This document shows, piece after piece, positions 29,041 to 43,250 of a DNA stretch of 64,000 nucleotides. The DNA comes from Octopus sinensis (Eukaryota). The DNA is taken from NCBI RefSeq assembly GCF_006345805.1, contig NC_043000.1, positions 40,858,001 to 40,922,000 of the forward strand. The letters are read 5' to 3'. The translations under genes and the position numbers were made by a program. Below the pieces are notes generated by a model. That model did no database searches and had not been told where the DNA came from. It saw nothing but the letters and a program-made list of their open reading frames with translations. Position 1 is the stretch's first letter. Every line of letters begins with the position of its first letter.

Positions 29041-29060
29041 ATTATTATTATTACTACTAC
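27968..29060. repeat. Tandem duplication of about 535 bp bounded by (ATT)n(ATC)n microsatellites
   Basis: 28110-28460 is essentially identical to 28644-28995. Confidence 0.9.
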
Positions 29061-29264
29061 TACTACTACTACTACTTCTAGTGGCAAAATCGTTAGCATG
29101 CTGAAAGAGACGCTTCGCAGCATTTCGTCCGTCTTTATGTTCACAGTTCGAATCCCACTCAGGTCGACTTTGCCTTTCATTCTTTCAGGATCTATAAAAT
29201 AAGAACCAGTTGAGCATTGCGGTCGATGTAATCGACTTACGCCAATTTTTGAGTTCGTCTAAAA

Positions 29265-30059
29265 TCTCTTATGATAAAAGGCAGATTTTCTCTGCCTGTG
29301 ACTATGTTTCTTTTTAATACAATTGTACAATATAGAATTTCTTCAATTGGAATTTACCTATGATTTTTCGAAGTAGATTCGATTGGGTCATGGCATATAA
29401 ATTTTTTTCAATTTGACCCCCAATTAAGCAAAAATTCGAGAAAACTAAATATTTTACGATTTGCCTCTCATTTCAAGTGCTTCACTCTTTCTATTATCAC
29501 ACTTTCTCCTACTTTCTCTTTGCAAGTGTACCTTAAACCTACCACACTTTCTGCTACTTTCTCTTTGCAAGTGTATACCACTATCATATCCTCTTTCTAC
29601 CACTCTTATTCAACATCACACATTCTGCTACTTTCTCTTATTAATGCTTAGACCACTCCTCAAAAAAATCATAAAAAAAGACAGACAGGAAACAGAACAA
29701 AATAAATACATAAGGATTTACTCCTCACACACACACATAGACACGCAAACATATACATATATGACAGTAACAAACACAAACGTTTCAAACAACTACATAC
29801 AAACACTCAAACACACTCACACGTGTGTGTTTGTTATTAGTAAAAAAGGCGCCAAACACAATTCACTTTCTCATTCGAACACATTTGCAAACACACACCA
29901 ACAATTCACTGACATATGGTGAGTAGATGCTATTGTTCTATATTTTATAAATTAAAATTGGTTTTTAATTTACTTTCTGTCGCTAAGTTTTGGTAGTATT
30001 AATTTGCAAGCGTACTTCACTTGTCAATTGTTGAAAGAAAGAAATTGTAAGCTAAGAAG

Positions 30060-30090
<31 letters not shown>

Positions 30091-32288
30091 TGTGTGTGTG
30101 TGTGTGTGTGTCTGTGTCTGTGTGTCTGAGTGTGTATGTGTGTGTGTAGGAAGTGAAGGATAAAAATATGGATAAAAGGCAGTATACATATACGAACACA
30201 TTTGCAAACACACACCAACAATTCAATTTTATTTCCGTACAGACAACATAACACTATCAACCTCATACCACCACAACAACATTTTTCTTTATCCTGTCAA
30301 AAACTGATTGATTCTATCCCTTTCACCTACGACCTCAGCTACGTCAGCCGAAAGTAAAATCAACAGAGGATCACCTATATACCTACAAACGCTGCTGACG
30401 TATGTCTATTTTTATAGCTGCAACCACATTATATATACCGTACTTAACACACACCATGATACACCACAAATGTACCCTGAACGAGATGGACTATTCATTA
30501 TAATACATCAGTTCCACACATTTACCCTGGTTACATTTCGGACAACTGCACAAACATTTGCCATTTGACACATGTATGTAAACAAATTCCTTTCTTAAAA
30601 ATTTCAATTCATTTTCTTTTTCAATTTACGTTTCTATACACTTTACACAAATATTTGATTAAACAACTGAAACACTTCACATTTGGAACATGTACGTAAA
30701 CTACTTCCATTCTTACAAATCTAACTTTATTTTCCTGCTTTTAACTCAAGTTTCAATACACTTTACACTCTGTCGCTATACTTGCATAAACAATTTCTTT
30801 CAGCTGCAAATATTTCTTTCTTTTCCTTCCACGGTCAACATTTTTCCACATTTCATTCACATTACGATTTCTATCTTTAAGTAACTTTCACCCTTTCTTT
30901 TTCACATAAAATGCCACCGAAAAAGACAAGTCGCCTCGGCCGCCATACTGCAGCAGCGGCGGCGCAAAAGACGATTATCGCAAACGAGTCCTCCGACAAA
31001 AAGGCTTTCAGTCTTTCACAGAGCGCCTTACGTTCAGCGGAATCACGAGCTGCTGAAAATTTACAACAGCGCAACGCACGCCTAGCAAAAATGGCTTCAT
31101 ACGATGCTGCTTCCAGGGTTTCAGAGGGTCCGGAAACAAGGTCGAATCGCATGGCCATAAAGGCTGCTGCTGTTGTTGCTGCACAAAAGGCTTCAGAGGA
31201 CCCACAACAAAGGGCCACTCGACTGGCTACAAACGCTGCGGCTACTGCTGCTTCAGCATTTTCGGAACATTTAGAACTACCGACCACTCACCTTCATACG
31301 AACGAGGCGCATTGCACTGCTTCCATGCCTTCTCAAGATGCAGACGGCCGGTCCATTACCATTGCAAACTTCGCTTCTGCTACTCATGCGACACATTCCC
31401 ACGACTCAGACCAGCAACGTTCTTCATTCCAGCGGAACAGTCGACGGCGCGAGGCTACCCGCGGTCTGACGAGTCCAAACAGCCCTTACTGGCATCTACG
31501 GGCTTTCAAGTATGAGCCCAACTTCAATTACTCGATGCACGCTGACATAAATATTGGGGAAATGTGCTTTAATTGCCAATTCTGCAATGCTAAAAAGTGG
31601 GCTGGGGAACCACCTGCAATGTGCTGCTTAAACGGTAAGGTCAGCTTGCCCCCTCTTCGGGAGCTGCCAGACCCTTTGAAGGAATTACTTACTGGTTCTA
31701 CCTCAAGGTCATCGAAACTCCTTCAACTCATTAGGAAGTACACTTGTGCATTTCAGATGACTTCTTTCGGGGCTAACGTTGTCAGAGAAACTGGTTGGAT
31801 GCCTAATTTCAAGGTCCAGGGCCAGGTGTACCACCTTATTGGGTCACTCCAGCCACTACAAAATTGCAAACCTTCGTTCCTTCAAATTTATTTCATTTCA
31901 AATTACAATAGGCAACTTGATGTGCGTTTCGGCGTAATTTCACAACCTGCAAATACTGACGCTGGCAATTTCGACAGGGATGTGCTGCTCAGTCTGCAAA
32001 ACATGCTTCATGAGCACAACAGCTACATTCGCAGTTTCAAATACGCCTTGGAAACAGCCCCTTCACCAACATTCACCATTGTCATCGATGCTGACAAAAG
32101 ACCTTCTGGGGAGCACGCACGCCGATATAACGCTCCTTCGTGCAATGAAGTGGCCATAGTTCTCCATGGTGAACAGCACAATAAGCGATACATAGTTCTT
32201 CAAAGCCGCGAATCATCATAATTCAGTTCAATCATTAACAGTACTTTCAAGCAATTCAGGCCCGAGCAACGCCGGGCAATTCTGCTAG
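29265..32288 (+). mobile_element. Helitron deletion derivative
   Basis: A|TCTCTTATGATAAAAGGCAG 5' end; 3' hairpin GCCCG..CCGGGC followed by CTAG|T. Confidence 0.88.
30911..32221 (+). CDS. Helitron RepHel N-terminal region (STPR-like repeats plus Cys-rich Zn-finger-like domain), ending before Rep/helicase
   Basis: 436-aa ATG ORF with CQFCNAKKW..EPPAMCCLNGKV, IRKYTCAFQMTSFG, FKVQGQVYHLIGSL and RRYNAPSCNEVAIV. Confidence 0.85.
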   Translation: MPPKKTSRLGRHTAAAAAQKTIIANESSDKKAFSLSQSALRSAESRAAENLQQRNARLAKMASYDAASRVSEGPETRSNRMAIKAAAVVAAQKASEDPQQRATRLATNAAATAASAFSEHLELPTTHLHTNEAHCTASMPSQDADGRSITIANFASATHATHSHDSDQQRSSFQRNSRRREATRGLTSPNSPYWHLRAFKYEPNFNYSMHADINIGEMCFNCQFCNAKKWAGEPPAMCCLNGKVSLPPLRELPDPLKELLTGSTSRSSKLLQLIRKYTCAFQMTSFGANVVRETGWMPNFKVQGQVYHLIGSLQPLQNCKPSFLQIYFISNYNRQLDVRFGVISQPANTDAGNFDRDVLLSLQNMLHEHNSYIRSFKYALETAPSPTFTIVIDADKRPSGEHARRYNAPSCNEVAIVLHGEQHNKRYIVLQSRESS

Positions 32289-32329
32289 TCACATTATATA
32301 TCTAATTAATTACTTTGATATACACTTAC

Positions 32330-32383
32330 CCAAGAAATCCCTGCCTGAACTATGAGAGCACGTGTTTCTCCTTGGGTATCTAT
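32330..32383 (-). CDS. Small exon, 54 nt, phase 1-1: RYPRRNTCSHSSGRDFL
   Basis: cttctatttctag|ATAGATAC...TTCTTGG|gtaagt. Confidence 0.65.
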
Positions 32384-32529
32384 CTAGAAATAGAAGCCAA
32401 ATTTCCATTATTTGAAATAAGAAAATACGTTCCATGATACATCGATACACATTTATCGAAATATAAAAAATGAGGGATGTTTAGTAATTGTTTGACATAC
32501 ATATATACATGCATGCATACATACTTACA

Positions 32530-33388
32530 CGAGGTGGTGTCAAAAAGTTCCCGGGCATGTTTTGTTGTGTGCCAACAGACAGTAGTATATAGTTACGTGC
32601 ACGGTAAGTGCTAGCAGTGATCTTCATAAGGCAATGTGCCGGGCGACATCACTGTATTTACCTTTGCAAGTTGTGAAATCTACGTTTGTGTATGCTGTAG
32701 TGTGTGATTTTGTCATAGACAGAAATAAAAATCCAGCGTGAAATTTTGCGTTAAAGTTAAGTCTGCTACAGAGTCATTGAGCGTGCTTCAACAAGCTGAT
32801 GGCGACGAGATAATGGGTCGTACGCAATGTTTTGAGTGGCACGGGCGCTTCAAAAAAGGAAGAACGTCCCTTGAAGGCGATAAGCGATCTGGAAGATATA
32901 TCATGTGTGCCACCCTCGGAAATATGCTATTGTGCATTGAGAATTCGTCCCATAGAGCCAGATCGTCAGTCAAGGGTTCTGTGACGTTTTGAAGCGTTTG
33001 AGGGACGACATTCAGCGAAAGAATTGGATTCCTCACCGAGCGATTCTTCACTCGAGTGTTTCTCGCCAAAAACAACATTGTATTACTTCGGACCCACACT
33101 ATTCACCAGGTTTAGCACCTACAGACTTCTATCTCTTCCCCAAGATGAAAATGCAGCTCAAAGGTCACCGTTTTAACACCATTGTCGAGATCAAATGCGA
33201 ATCGTAGAAGGTCCTCGACTCGCTTACGGAAAACGACTCCCAGGACGGATTCCATAAGTGGCAGGAACGTTGGGACCGGTGTATTGTTACGCAAGATGAC
33301 TATTTCGAAAGAGATGATGTTAAAACTTAGGTAAATAAGTTATTTTTTTAAAATATAATTAGCCAAAGAAATTTTTGATATAATCTCG
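32530..33388 (+). mobile_element. Internally deleted mariner
   Basis: TIRs cgaggtggtgtcaaaa / ttttgatataatctcg-TA; KFCVK...CFEWHGRFKKGR and PHYSPGLAPTDFYLFPKMK. Confidence 0.88.
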
Positions 33389-34343
33389 TATAAAGAACCT
33401 GACAAACCAAATACAAAAATGAAATGCACATGCACACACATACACACACACACACATACACACACACACACACACATACACAAACATACACACACATACA
33501 AACACACATTAAGGAAACAAGCTTGCATTATTAATACTTGGCGGGATACTGCTAACAGAAGGAAAATTCTTTTCATTTAAAGTAATTATTAATATAAATA
33601 TATCAGAATACAAAAAAAAAAAAAAGAAAATAAACAGGATAGCCAGTTCAAAAGTATAAGAATTTATCGATCGACTCATTAATATTGATCAGGGTCTATG
33701 ATACAAGGACATTGAGCTAGAATAAACTAATGCTCTGATTAACGTTTTACGCTTTCCTTCACTTTTATGATTTCCTGTCATTCAATAGGAAAAACAAAAT
33801 ACTAGAATGACACTCGTGTTTATAAACTAGCATATATATCTGATATATTTTTATTTGTAATTCTCAACTCCTATACTATTTTTCCTTAAGAGATCATGCA
33901 CTAAATGTATTTACTCGAAGCTTCTTCCTCGTCCACTTTTCGTAGACGCAATGCCAAATATTTAGTGGATTGGAAGAGTCTTTACTTTATCTCTGACTCA
34001 GAGTTAGGATGAGAATTTAACCATAAAGAGATTTTAATTCAGAACTTAAATACAACAAGGCATGTTTTCTTTCTCACTAGGTGATTGTTTCTGATATAGG
34101 CATAAGGATAGCACTTTGTGGAGGAGAAATTAGTCGATTCTATAGACCACAAGACTTGACTTGTACTGTATTTGATTGACCCTGAAACGATAAAAGGCAA
34201 ATTTGAGCTCGTCGGAATAAGAATCTAGAACCTAAATTTCTGCAAGAAAAACCCCAAACCATTTTTAACGGTCCTGCCAGTTCGAAACCGTTTTCTGACT
34301 ATATTAGGAATTAAAATCAATGGCAGTATAGCAAAATACTTAC

Positions 34344-34457
34344 TTCCATTTCTGGCATCATATCCATAACCACCATACTGAGGACGTACTAAGTGACCAC
34401 CTCGATATTGATGAGTGTCGTGAACATTATGGGCCATGGAATGACCTTCGTCGTGAT
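34344..34457 (-). CDS. Exon, 114 nt, phase 1-1: (D)HDEGHSMAHNVHDTHQYRGGHLVRPQYGGYGYDARNG
   Basis: tttacattttttcag|ATCAC...AATGGAA|gtaagt. His/Gly/Tyr-rich open frame that overlaps track ORF 34225..34437. Confidence 0.82.
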
Positions 34458-34559
34458 CTGAAAAAATGTAAAGGTATATGCAGATATATGATAAAGTATA
34501 AATTCATAAATCTTAGCGAAGTACATGCATAAAATTTTATTCCAGTGAAGACATCTCAC

Positions 34560-35900
34560 AGATCGTTGATGTTATGAAATGCAACACAGAGAACAACTTC
34601 ATACGACATCAGGAAAACCTTAGACAAAAAAAACAAAAAACTAGAGATGCATTTTGGTGATAACGGATTAAAAAAACTTAACTTTAAACTGGACCAGCTG
34701 CAATAACAACTCGCAGCTACAGATGGAAAGCTAAACGATACATCTACAGCATATAAACGGCAAATGCTCGGTAAATTATTTTAGGGATCTCAAGTCATTT
34801 TATTACGGTGTCAATACTTCTGTAAAGCATAAACTAAAACTCCACCCACGAAAGATCAGGTTCAGAACTACTGGAGTTCTGCGTGGGAAACAAATAATCA
34901 ACTCAACAAACAAGCTGTATGGCTAAAATAACTGGAGCAGGAATACTTCTAGCGAAATAATGGAAACCGTTCTAAGGAAAATATCGAACAGGAAATCCCC
35001 CAGGCCCATAACACATACCAGGTTATTGACTGAAGATTTTCACCATTTATCGACGAGATCTCATACGGTTGTATGGAGAATGTATCAAGGGCATATAAGA
35101 TCTGCCCTAATGATTATCAACTGTATCGACTCTCCTTATATCCCAGAATAGCCAAACCAACCTTGCCAAATTTACCACCCCAGAACCTGCCAGAACATCA
35201 CGTATAAATTATACAATGGGCACCTCAATCTGTTCTTACAGTATCAGTGCTAACAACAGCATTATAACACTTGAGCAAGCTAGAGGAAAGGAGGTGTGGG
35301 ATTGTATACAGCAGCTACAAATAAACAAAATGACCCAGGAAAAAACATAAAAAACAACGTGGGAACTTAACCGAAGTGTGTCAAGACTACGAGAACGCTT
35401 TTGATACTATAATACATACGAGGATTATCAAAGCATTACAGTTAGTCAAAGTCCCACAACTAATTGTAAGTGCTTTTGAACGCTTGACAAAGACTATGTA
35501 TATCATTTTGCTCCTTAGGAGTGATGTGGAGCTAATTGAATCGGATAGCATTTATTACCGTAAAAGTAACTCTTAGCTTGTTAGTGAAGCTGTTCTTATT
35601 ATTATGGAACCCATTATCATATCTGCACACAAATTATAGTAATCATAGAAATCGATCCAGAACTACCCATCTTTGTCGACGACCTGAAATTGTATAGGCC
35701 AAATATCAATCAAATAAAAAAAAAAGCAATTGGACCTCGTAACCCAATTTTCTACAGACACTGGGTTGTAATTTTGTGAGTACAAATCTTCATTCGTGAC
35801 AACGAATCGTAGAAAAGCTGTACCTCCCTCTGACAATCTAAAAATGAACAACCGCCTGATAATACAACCGCTATAGTCAAGTGAGAGTTACAAATATCCT
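34560..35900 (+). mobile_element. R4/Dong-like LINE remnant
   Basis: DYENAFDTIIHTRIIKAL and LFVDDLKLY fragments. Confidence 0.6.
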
Positions 35901-35970
35901 GAACAAGATGAGAATGTGAAACATGATATACATGTACATACATATACACACACATACACACACATATATG

Positions 35971-36011
<41 letters not shown>

Positions 36012-36267
36012 TAGTTTAACGCTCGGGAAGTGAGAAAGTCTTTTCGAGCGATCAATCATAGGGAATATATATATATATCTCTTATTATAATATATTAATA
36101 AAAGGAATTCCAACCTTGTCTGATTTTCACGTTTTATTTACAATCTTATAATGATATAATATAATATAATATAATATAATATACGTTTATTTACTACCCA
36201 CAATATAATATAATATATAATATAATATAATATATAATATAATATAATATAATATAATATAATATAA

Positions 36268-38358
36268 TCTCTTATTATAAAAGGCAGAATTTATCTGCCT
36301 CCCTTTGGGAGTTATAGAAATCTACAATATAGGATTTCTTCAATTACAATTTACCTAGCATTTTTAAGAGTACAATGCATCGCGTCATGCCAGGTCCAGT
36401 TTTTAAAATTTTAACTCCAATTAAGCAAAATTTACAGAAAACTCACATTCTGGTGTGTGTGTCAAATGCTTTTCTTAGTCTGGTTTACAGCACACGCAAA
36501 CGCACACACACAGTGTGCAATGAATAAACTGAAACTAATTCACTGTGTGTTGACAGGTAGAAAATAGAATGCGATGGCGATGGCTATGGCGATGGCGATG
36601 GCTATGGCGATGGCGATGTAATATTTGTTTTTCTCTATGACGCTCATAAAAGCATTGATATACATGTGTGCGTGCGTGAGTGTATGTGTGTCATTCCTCA
36701 CACACACGCATACACATACATATATGAGAGTGGCAAACACAAACGTTTCAAACAACTACATACAAACACGTGTGTGTTTGTTATTAGTAAAAAAAGGCGC
36801 CAAAACACAACTCACTTATCATTCCAACACATTTGCAAAGACACACGGACGGTCGAATAACAATACAGAAAAGGTAAATTGGTTTTTATTTTACTCTGTA
36901 TATATTTTATTATATAATATTATATATAGATATATGTATATATAATTGCAGTATGAAACAGTGTTTATGTATAAACAGACGACACTTATATATAGTTATT
37001 AATAAATGTATGCATCCGATTAACCCTTTCGTTACCAAACCGCCCGAAAAAAATTTTGGTTAATGTGACCAAGCCGCCCGAATTTACCTATTCATATTTA
37101 AATGAGAATATCAGAGTAAATCTCTTTAGAACATTCGTGAAAACACGTATTATACTTTGTAAACAGTTCAACTACAGTTTTGTACAAAAATCGAAGTGTA
37201 ATTTTAATTCCGTGAATTATGGGAGATTTTTTTTCCGAAATTTGTTCCTATTGTGTTTTCAAAATTTGTAATTCTGACAAAAAATGGATACGAATTTCAT
37301 TATATCAAGCAGCGAGTCAGAATTCGAAGGATTTTCTACTGAAGACCTTCATAAATCTAACTCTATGACTGAAAAAAAAAAGCATGTGGTATTTGATCTC
37401 AACCTAAACAAAGCGAAAGAAACGATAGTTTGTTATTTCCCACAACCTTAAATGAAATTAAGGCCTATTTTGCCATAAATATTATTATGGGTATTAGAAA
37501 GTTACCCAGAATAACAAATTCTATCGTAAAACTTTGTTGTATACCCAATTGAATATTAGCTAATAACCCATTTTCTATAGCGATGTTTGAACAAAATTTT
37601 TTTATAATTTTATATATTGTTGAATTTACCTGTATCTACCTGCAATTAGAGTCACTTTGTGACAAAAATTATAGTATAGAATTGGTTGAGAACATTTCAC
37701 TAAATTATCTTCCAAAAATCAGATTAATATATTCATAAATAAAAAAGTTATAGTTGTTTAATGAAACCAGACTAAATTTATGATTACGTTAGAAATTAAT
37801 TGAAACACATAAGGGGTGTATTTTGGTCAGAAATATAGTAACGAAAGGGTTAAGAAAAACCAAAAAATATTTTATTCTTTGTAAATGTTGTGTTCAAAAT
37901 AACATTTTCTTTTAAGAATGTGTATATAACAAAGTATGTGTATATAACTACGTGGCTTATATCTTTATATATAAGAGTGAAGTTGTGTGTCTGTCTCCTA
38001 CGATTTAGATTCGTAACTACTCCCACATTTTGCGGTGTAGTTTAACCAAAAGCGGGTATCTTATAGTCGTGATTCATATCGAGCCCTTCTGGGTATTAGC
38101 GCGCGTCCACGATGAGTCTACGATTAAAAAAAAATTTACCATCATATTTTTCCATTTTAATGCATATTTTTCGTTATTATATAAGGGAAGTAACTCTCTA
38201 AAAATATCTACGATGTGTCAACGATTTAAAAAAAAAATTACCTTAATTTTTTTCAATTTTTAATGCATTTTTTTGCTATTTTTTGGCTATAACTCTCTAA
38301 AAATGCTTATATAGTTATTTCCCTTACAAACCCGAGCAAGGCCGGGCGATACTGCTAG
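36268..38358 (+). mobile_element. Composite non-autonomous Helitron inserted in an (ATATA)n tract
   Basis: 5' TCTCTTATTATAAAAGGCAG like 29265; second 5' end TCTTTATATATAA at 37962; 3' CCCGAGCAAGGCCGGG...CTAG|T. Confidence 0.75.
37024..37849. mobile_element. piggyBac-like MITE
   Basis: TTAA-CCCTTTCGTTAC ... GTAACGAAAGGG-TTAA. Confidence 0.8.
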
Positions 38359-39473
38359 TATAATATAATATAATATAATATAATATAATATAATATAATA
38401 ATAGAATGTTAAATGTTCATTCTGATTGAACTAGTACTTTCATGCATTAAATTCTGCAATCTTCAGGTTCATGTAGTAGTGGTGACAGTCATGCTTCACA
38501 ATTTTTGACTGTAGCGAGATGATTGAATCTGTGCTTTAAATACAGCTGTGTAGGCTCCAGATGCTAGGTTTTGCAAACTGTATTCTGACCAATCAGTGTG
38601 TAGTATCACTCAATTACTTAAGCTGATTGGTTGGTTGAGCTGATTGGTTTAGGCGTCACGCTTTGTTGGACATGTCAAGAGTCCTGTATCTTGACCCTGG
38701 CCGAAGCAGCAATTATTGGGCTATTTTTAGAAATGTTGTAAATAGCCTTTGTCAGAGATTTTTATATTTTTATATTTCAATTGCCATCATCATCATTGTC
38801 AGCACCTTAATTATTGTTGCTAGTAGTGATGGTGGTGGCAATAGAACTTTTAACCCTAAATAAGATAATTTTCCTGCTATCTAAGTATTATCATTATTGC
38901 TTATTTAGCTTGGGTTTGAATTTATCAATAAAATTCTTTTCTCTGATTTTCCTCTCGATTTCACTTGGGCTGTGTAATTTGTAGAAATGCTTTTCATCCT
39001 TTCGGGGTCGATAAATAAAGTACCAGTTTCGCACTGGGGTCGACGTAATCGACTTAATCCCTTTGTCTGTCCTTGTTTGTCCCCTCTATGTTTAGCCCCT
39101 TGTGGGCAGTAAAGAAATATATATATATATAGTGAAGGCACATGGCTCAGTGGTTAGAGCGTCGAGCTTACGATCGTGAGGTTGTGAGCTCGAATCCCGG
39201 ACCGGGCTACTTGTTGTGTTCATGAGCAAGACTCTTTATTTCACATTGCTCCAGTTCACTCAGCTGTAGAAATAAGTTGCGACATCCCAGGTGCCAAGCT
39301 GTATCGACCTTTGCATTTCCCTTGGATAACACTGGTGGCGTGGAGAGCGGAGGCCGGTATGCATGGGCGGCTGCTGGTCTTCCAGAAACAACCTAGACCA
39401 GACCTGTGCCAGGGAGGGTAACTTTCTAGGTGCAATCCCATGGTCTGGGTCGTGACCGAAGGGGGTCTCAGAT

Positions 39474-39504
<31 letters not shown>

Positions 39505-40125
39505 ATATGTATGTTATATGTATATATTATATTATATTATATATGCATATATATATATATATTATATATATAGCATGTATATATGTATATATATATATAT
39601 ATGCATGTATATATGTATATATATATATATATATATGCAGTATATATTATATATATATATATATGCATGTATATATGTATATATATATATATATATATAT
39701 GCATGTATATATGTGTATATATATATATATATATATGCATGTATATATGTATATATATATATATATATATGCATGTATATATGTATATATATATATATAT
39801 ATTATGCATGTATATATGTATAATATATATCTATTGCATGTATATATGTATATATATATATATATATGCATGTATATATGTATATATATATATATATGCA
39901 TGTATATATACAGGTACACTCGTCCCATTCAGGACAACCATATTATGTTGGCAAATAGTCTTTATTTTAAATATATAAGTCTGTTTATAATAAAATATTC
40001 ACTTATACATACACACACACACACACACGCACAAAGAAAAACATACATATGTACAAACATATAACGGCAAAATACAATGTGAATATATATATTAATGTAT
40101 ATAGGTATCTACATACATGAGTATG

Positions 40126-40167
<42 letters not shown>

Positions 40168-40632
40168 CATACATTCATGTATGTAGATACCTATATATAC
40201 ATTAATATATATATTCACATTGTATTTTGCCGTTATATGTTTGTACATGTGTGTATGTATAAGTGAATATTTTATTATAAACAGACTTATATATTTAAAA
40301 TAAAGACTATTTGCCAACATAATATGGTTGTCCTGAATGGGACGAGTGTACCTGTCGTTTAGCTCTAAGAAATATCGTTTCCAGCTGGCTATACGACACA
40401 ATATCTGTGTCCTTATATTTTCGAACAGGGAGCAGAACACCCCCATCCAGCACAAAGCAACATCTGTAGATCGGTTTCTGGGTCATTGCTCTTTATCAGC
40501 ACAGAGTAGCTGCTTGGTTAGGTGGCGTTGTTGAATTCCTGTTCGAAAATATGTATATATGTTATATATTATATATGTATATATATATATGTATATATAT
40601 ATATGTATATATATATATGTATTGTATATATG

Positions 40633-40711
<79 letters not shown>

Positions 40712-41001
40712 GTATATATATATGTATATATGTATATATATGTATAATGTATATATATATATATTATATATATATATATGTATATATGTATATATATATA
40801 TATGTATATATGTATATATATATGTATTATATATATATATATATGTTATATATATATATGTATATGTATATATATATGTATATATATATATATGTATATG
40901 TATATATATATATATGTATATATGTATATATATTATATGTATATATGTATCTATATATTATATGTATATATGTATATATATATGTGTATATATATATATA
41001 T

Positions 41002-41046
<45 letters not shown>

Positions 41047-41437
41047 GTATATTTTATATGTAGAAAATACAAACTGGGACAAGAACGTAAAACATTTAGA
41101 AGACGATACAAAAAACACGGACGGGACATTCGAAGCCTTCGACCTTCAGTCAAGAACCGGATCATCCTCGCAATTTCAGCTGATTAATCTTGAGATCGCT
41201 CCGATCCGGCCAGCCCCAAGGAAAAACTAAGCTACGAGCATTAGATTTCTTGGAAAAAGGATCGAATGTATACGAAACAAGGACAGAAAAACGGACGATG
41301 CCACACGAATATAAATACAAAAAACAATAATAGAAATAACAGGACAAAAACAGGGGGTGTCTTACGACTAAAGACAGTACAATTAGTTTAGCCGGCGTAT
41401 TTGGAAAAAAATGCCCTTTTCGGCAGACGAAGACAAC

Positions 41438-41482
<45 letters not shown>

Positions 41483-42559
41483 CATACGTTTCCGTGCGTG
41501 TGTTCTAAATGCACAATTTTGTTGCAACAAATTAGGAAAATGAATCAGAATAAGAAGTGGTCGGATGAAGAAAAAAGACAACGAGAGAGAAAAATAGAAA
41601 GAGAGAGAGAGAGAGAGAGTAAATGATTTGAAAAATAGCATTCTTAAAGTATCTAACAATATGATACGTGAAAACTCTTCTGTATAAGCGTGCAAACGCA
41701 CACATGAAAAGCTGCATATTCACATAAATACATACATATATACAATAGTAACACATATGTATACACGCATACAAATATACAAATCATCATATACGCTTAT
41801 ATGTATCTACATACATATATACACATAAATATACATATATACCATAACATGTATACGAAAACGTTTATATTTAAAACTGTTTGTCTGGTATATTGAATAT
41901 TGAAAATAAAAAATAGCGCAATGAATTAATGTAATATAATTTAGTGTAATATAAAGATGAAAATGATTAAAAAATTTTTTCAATTCTGACCGCGGCGAAA
42001 TTTAAATCAGAAATTTAGCAACTGGCTAAAGATCGTCAAATATTTTGTTCAGCTCGCTAAAGCTCTGCACCATCACCTTAACAGCAAATAAATAAATGCA
42101 AGTAATTAAGTAAATAAAAAAATCATTAAAATAATAAGAAATTATAATAAAAAAAATAAAATTAAACAAATCCATTCGTGTGTTTGATATCTTAAAAAAC
42201 ATTTTGGGCGATTGTAGATACACGATATCTTTTAAGCATATTTTGGGCGGTTGTAAATGGACTTTTAAAGATATGCATTAAAAATCAAAATTGCGAGGTA
42301 TATTTTGGGCTAAATTGCAGTATAAAAGAACAATCATATGGCTAAAAAATGTGAATATAAAAGCAATAATAGCAATAAAACAATGAAAATGAAATTAGAA
42401 TAACATAAAAGTAATGAAATAAATAACACAGAATAAAATAAAATAAAATAATAGTTCATAAACAGTCGAAGGTTTACTTGAAAGTCGAAAAATTTTAAAT
42501 GTAGAAGGCAAAAAAATGTACAATGAATGTAATACTAAATGATGCCTGAATTTTAGTGA

Positions 42560-43250
42560 AAAAGCCAAAATCAAATGAGAAAGTCAATATTATCCGTACA
42601 GTATTTTTTCACTCGAATTTTTATACCTCGTAGCCTGTCTGAAGGAATTTAAAAGCTCCCGTCTTTGGGCCAGTGCGTATTTATACTGGAACAGGATGTT
42701 TTTCAGTCAGGCACAAATTGCATCTCACAGGGCGCCTATATGCTCCATGCTTATCAGGTTTTGCTTTCTCCAAGCTTGTCCAGCTGGTTTTTAAAGGGCG
42801 GGCATAATTTTCTTTCAGTTGTTAGATATGTTTAGCGTGACTTATTGCTGTCCTATTTTCGGGGTATCCAAATGAATTTCGGTGGGAATATAATCTAATA
42901 TTAAAGGAATTTCACGAAGCTCCTCTATATGTTTTGTATTCATGTGAGAAATCTATTTGTACCTTAGCTCTTTAGACTATTCCTTTCTCAAGACAATTTC
43001 TCTCTAACGGACAGCAACTTTGATAATTGAATTACAATACTTCTGGTTATTTCCGGCACTGTAGATGTTTCTAATGATTTTCGTGTTATACTGGTTAATT
43101 AAAGAGGCAAAGCTCCTGCAACAAGAATATCTAACTTTCAGCGTTTTCCTATTAAAAATTCTATAGAACTTCCTCCCACCACTACTTATTCTGATTCTCT
43201 TTCCTAATTTGTAGCAACGAAGTTGTGCATTTAGAACAGACGCAGGGAGA
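42560..43250 (-). mobile_element. Penelope-like GIY-YIG C-terminal remnant
   Basis: Minus strand reads TSWTSLEKAKP...VRCNLCLTEK...QRRELLN. Confidence 0.55.

Noticed and set aside
27965-29202. Poly-I/L/N/Y/H/D ORFs
   Set aside because: Trinucleotide microsatellites read in several frames.
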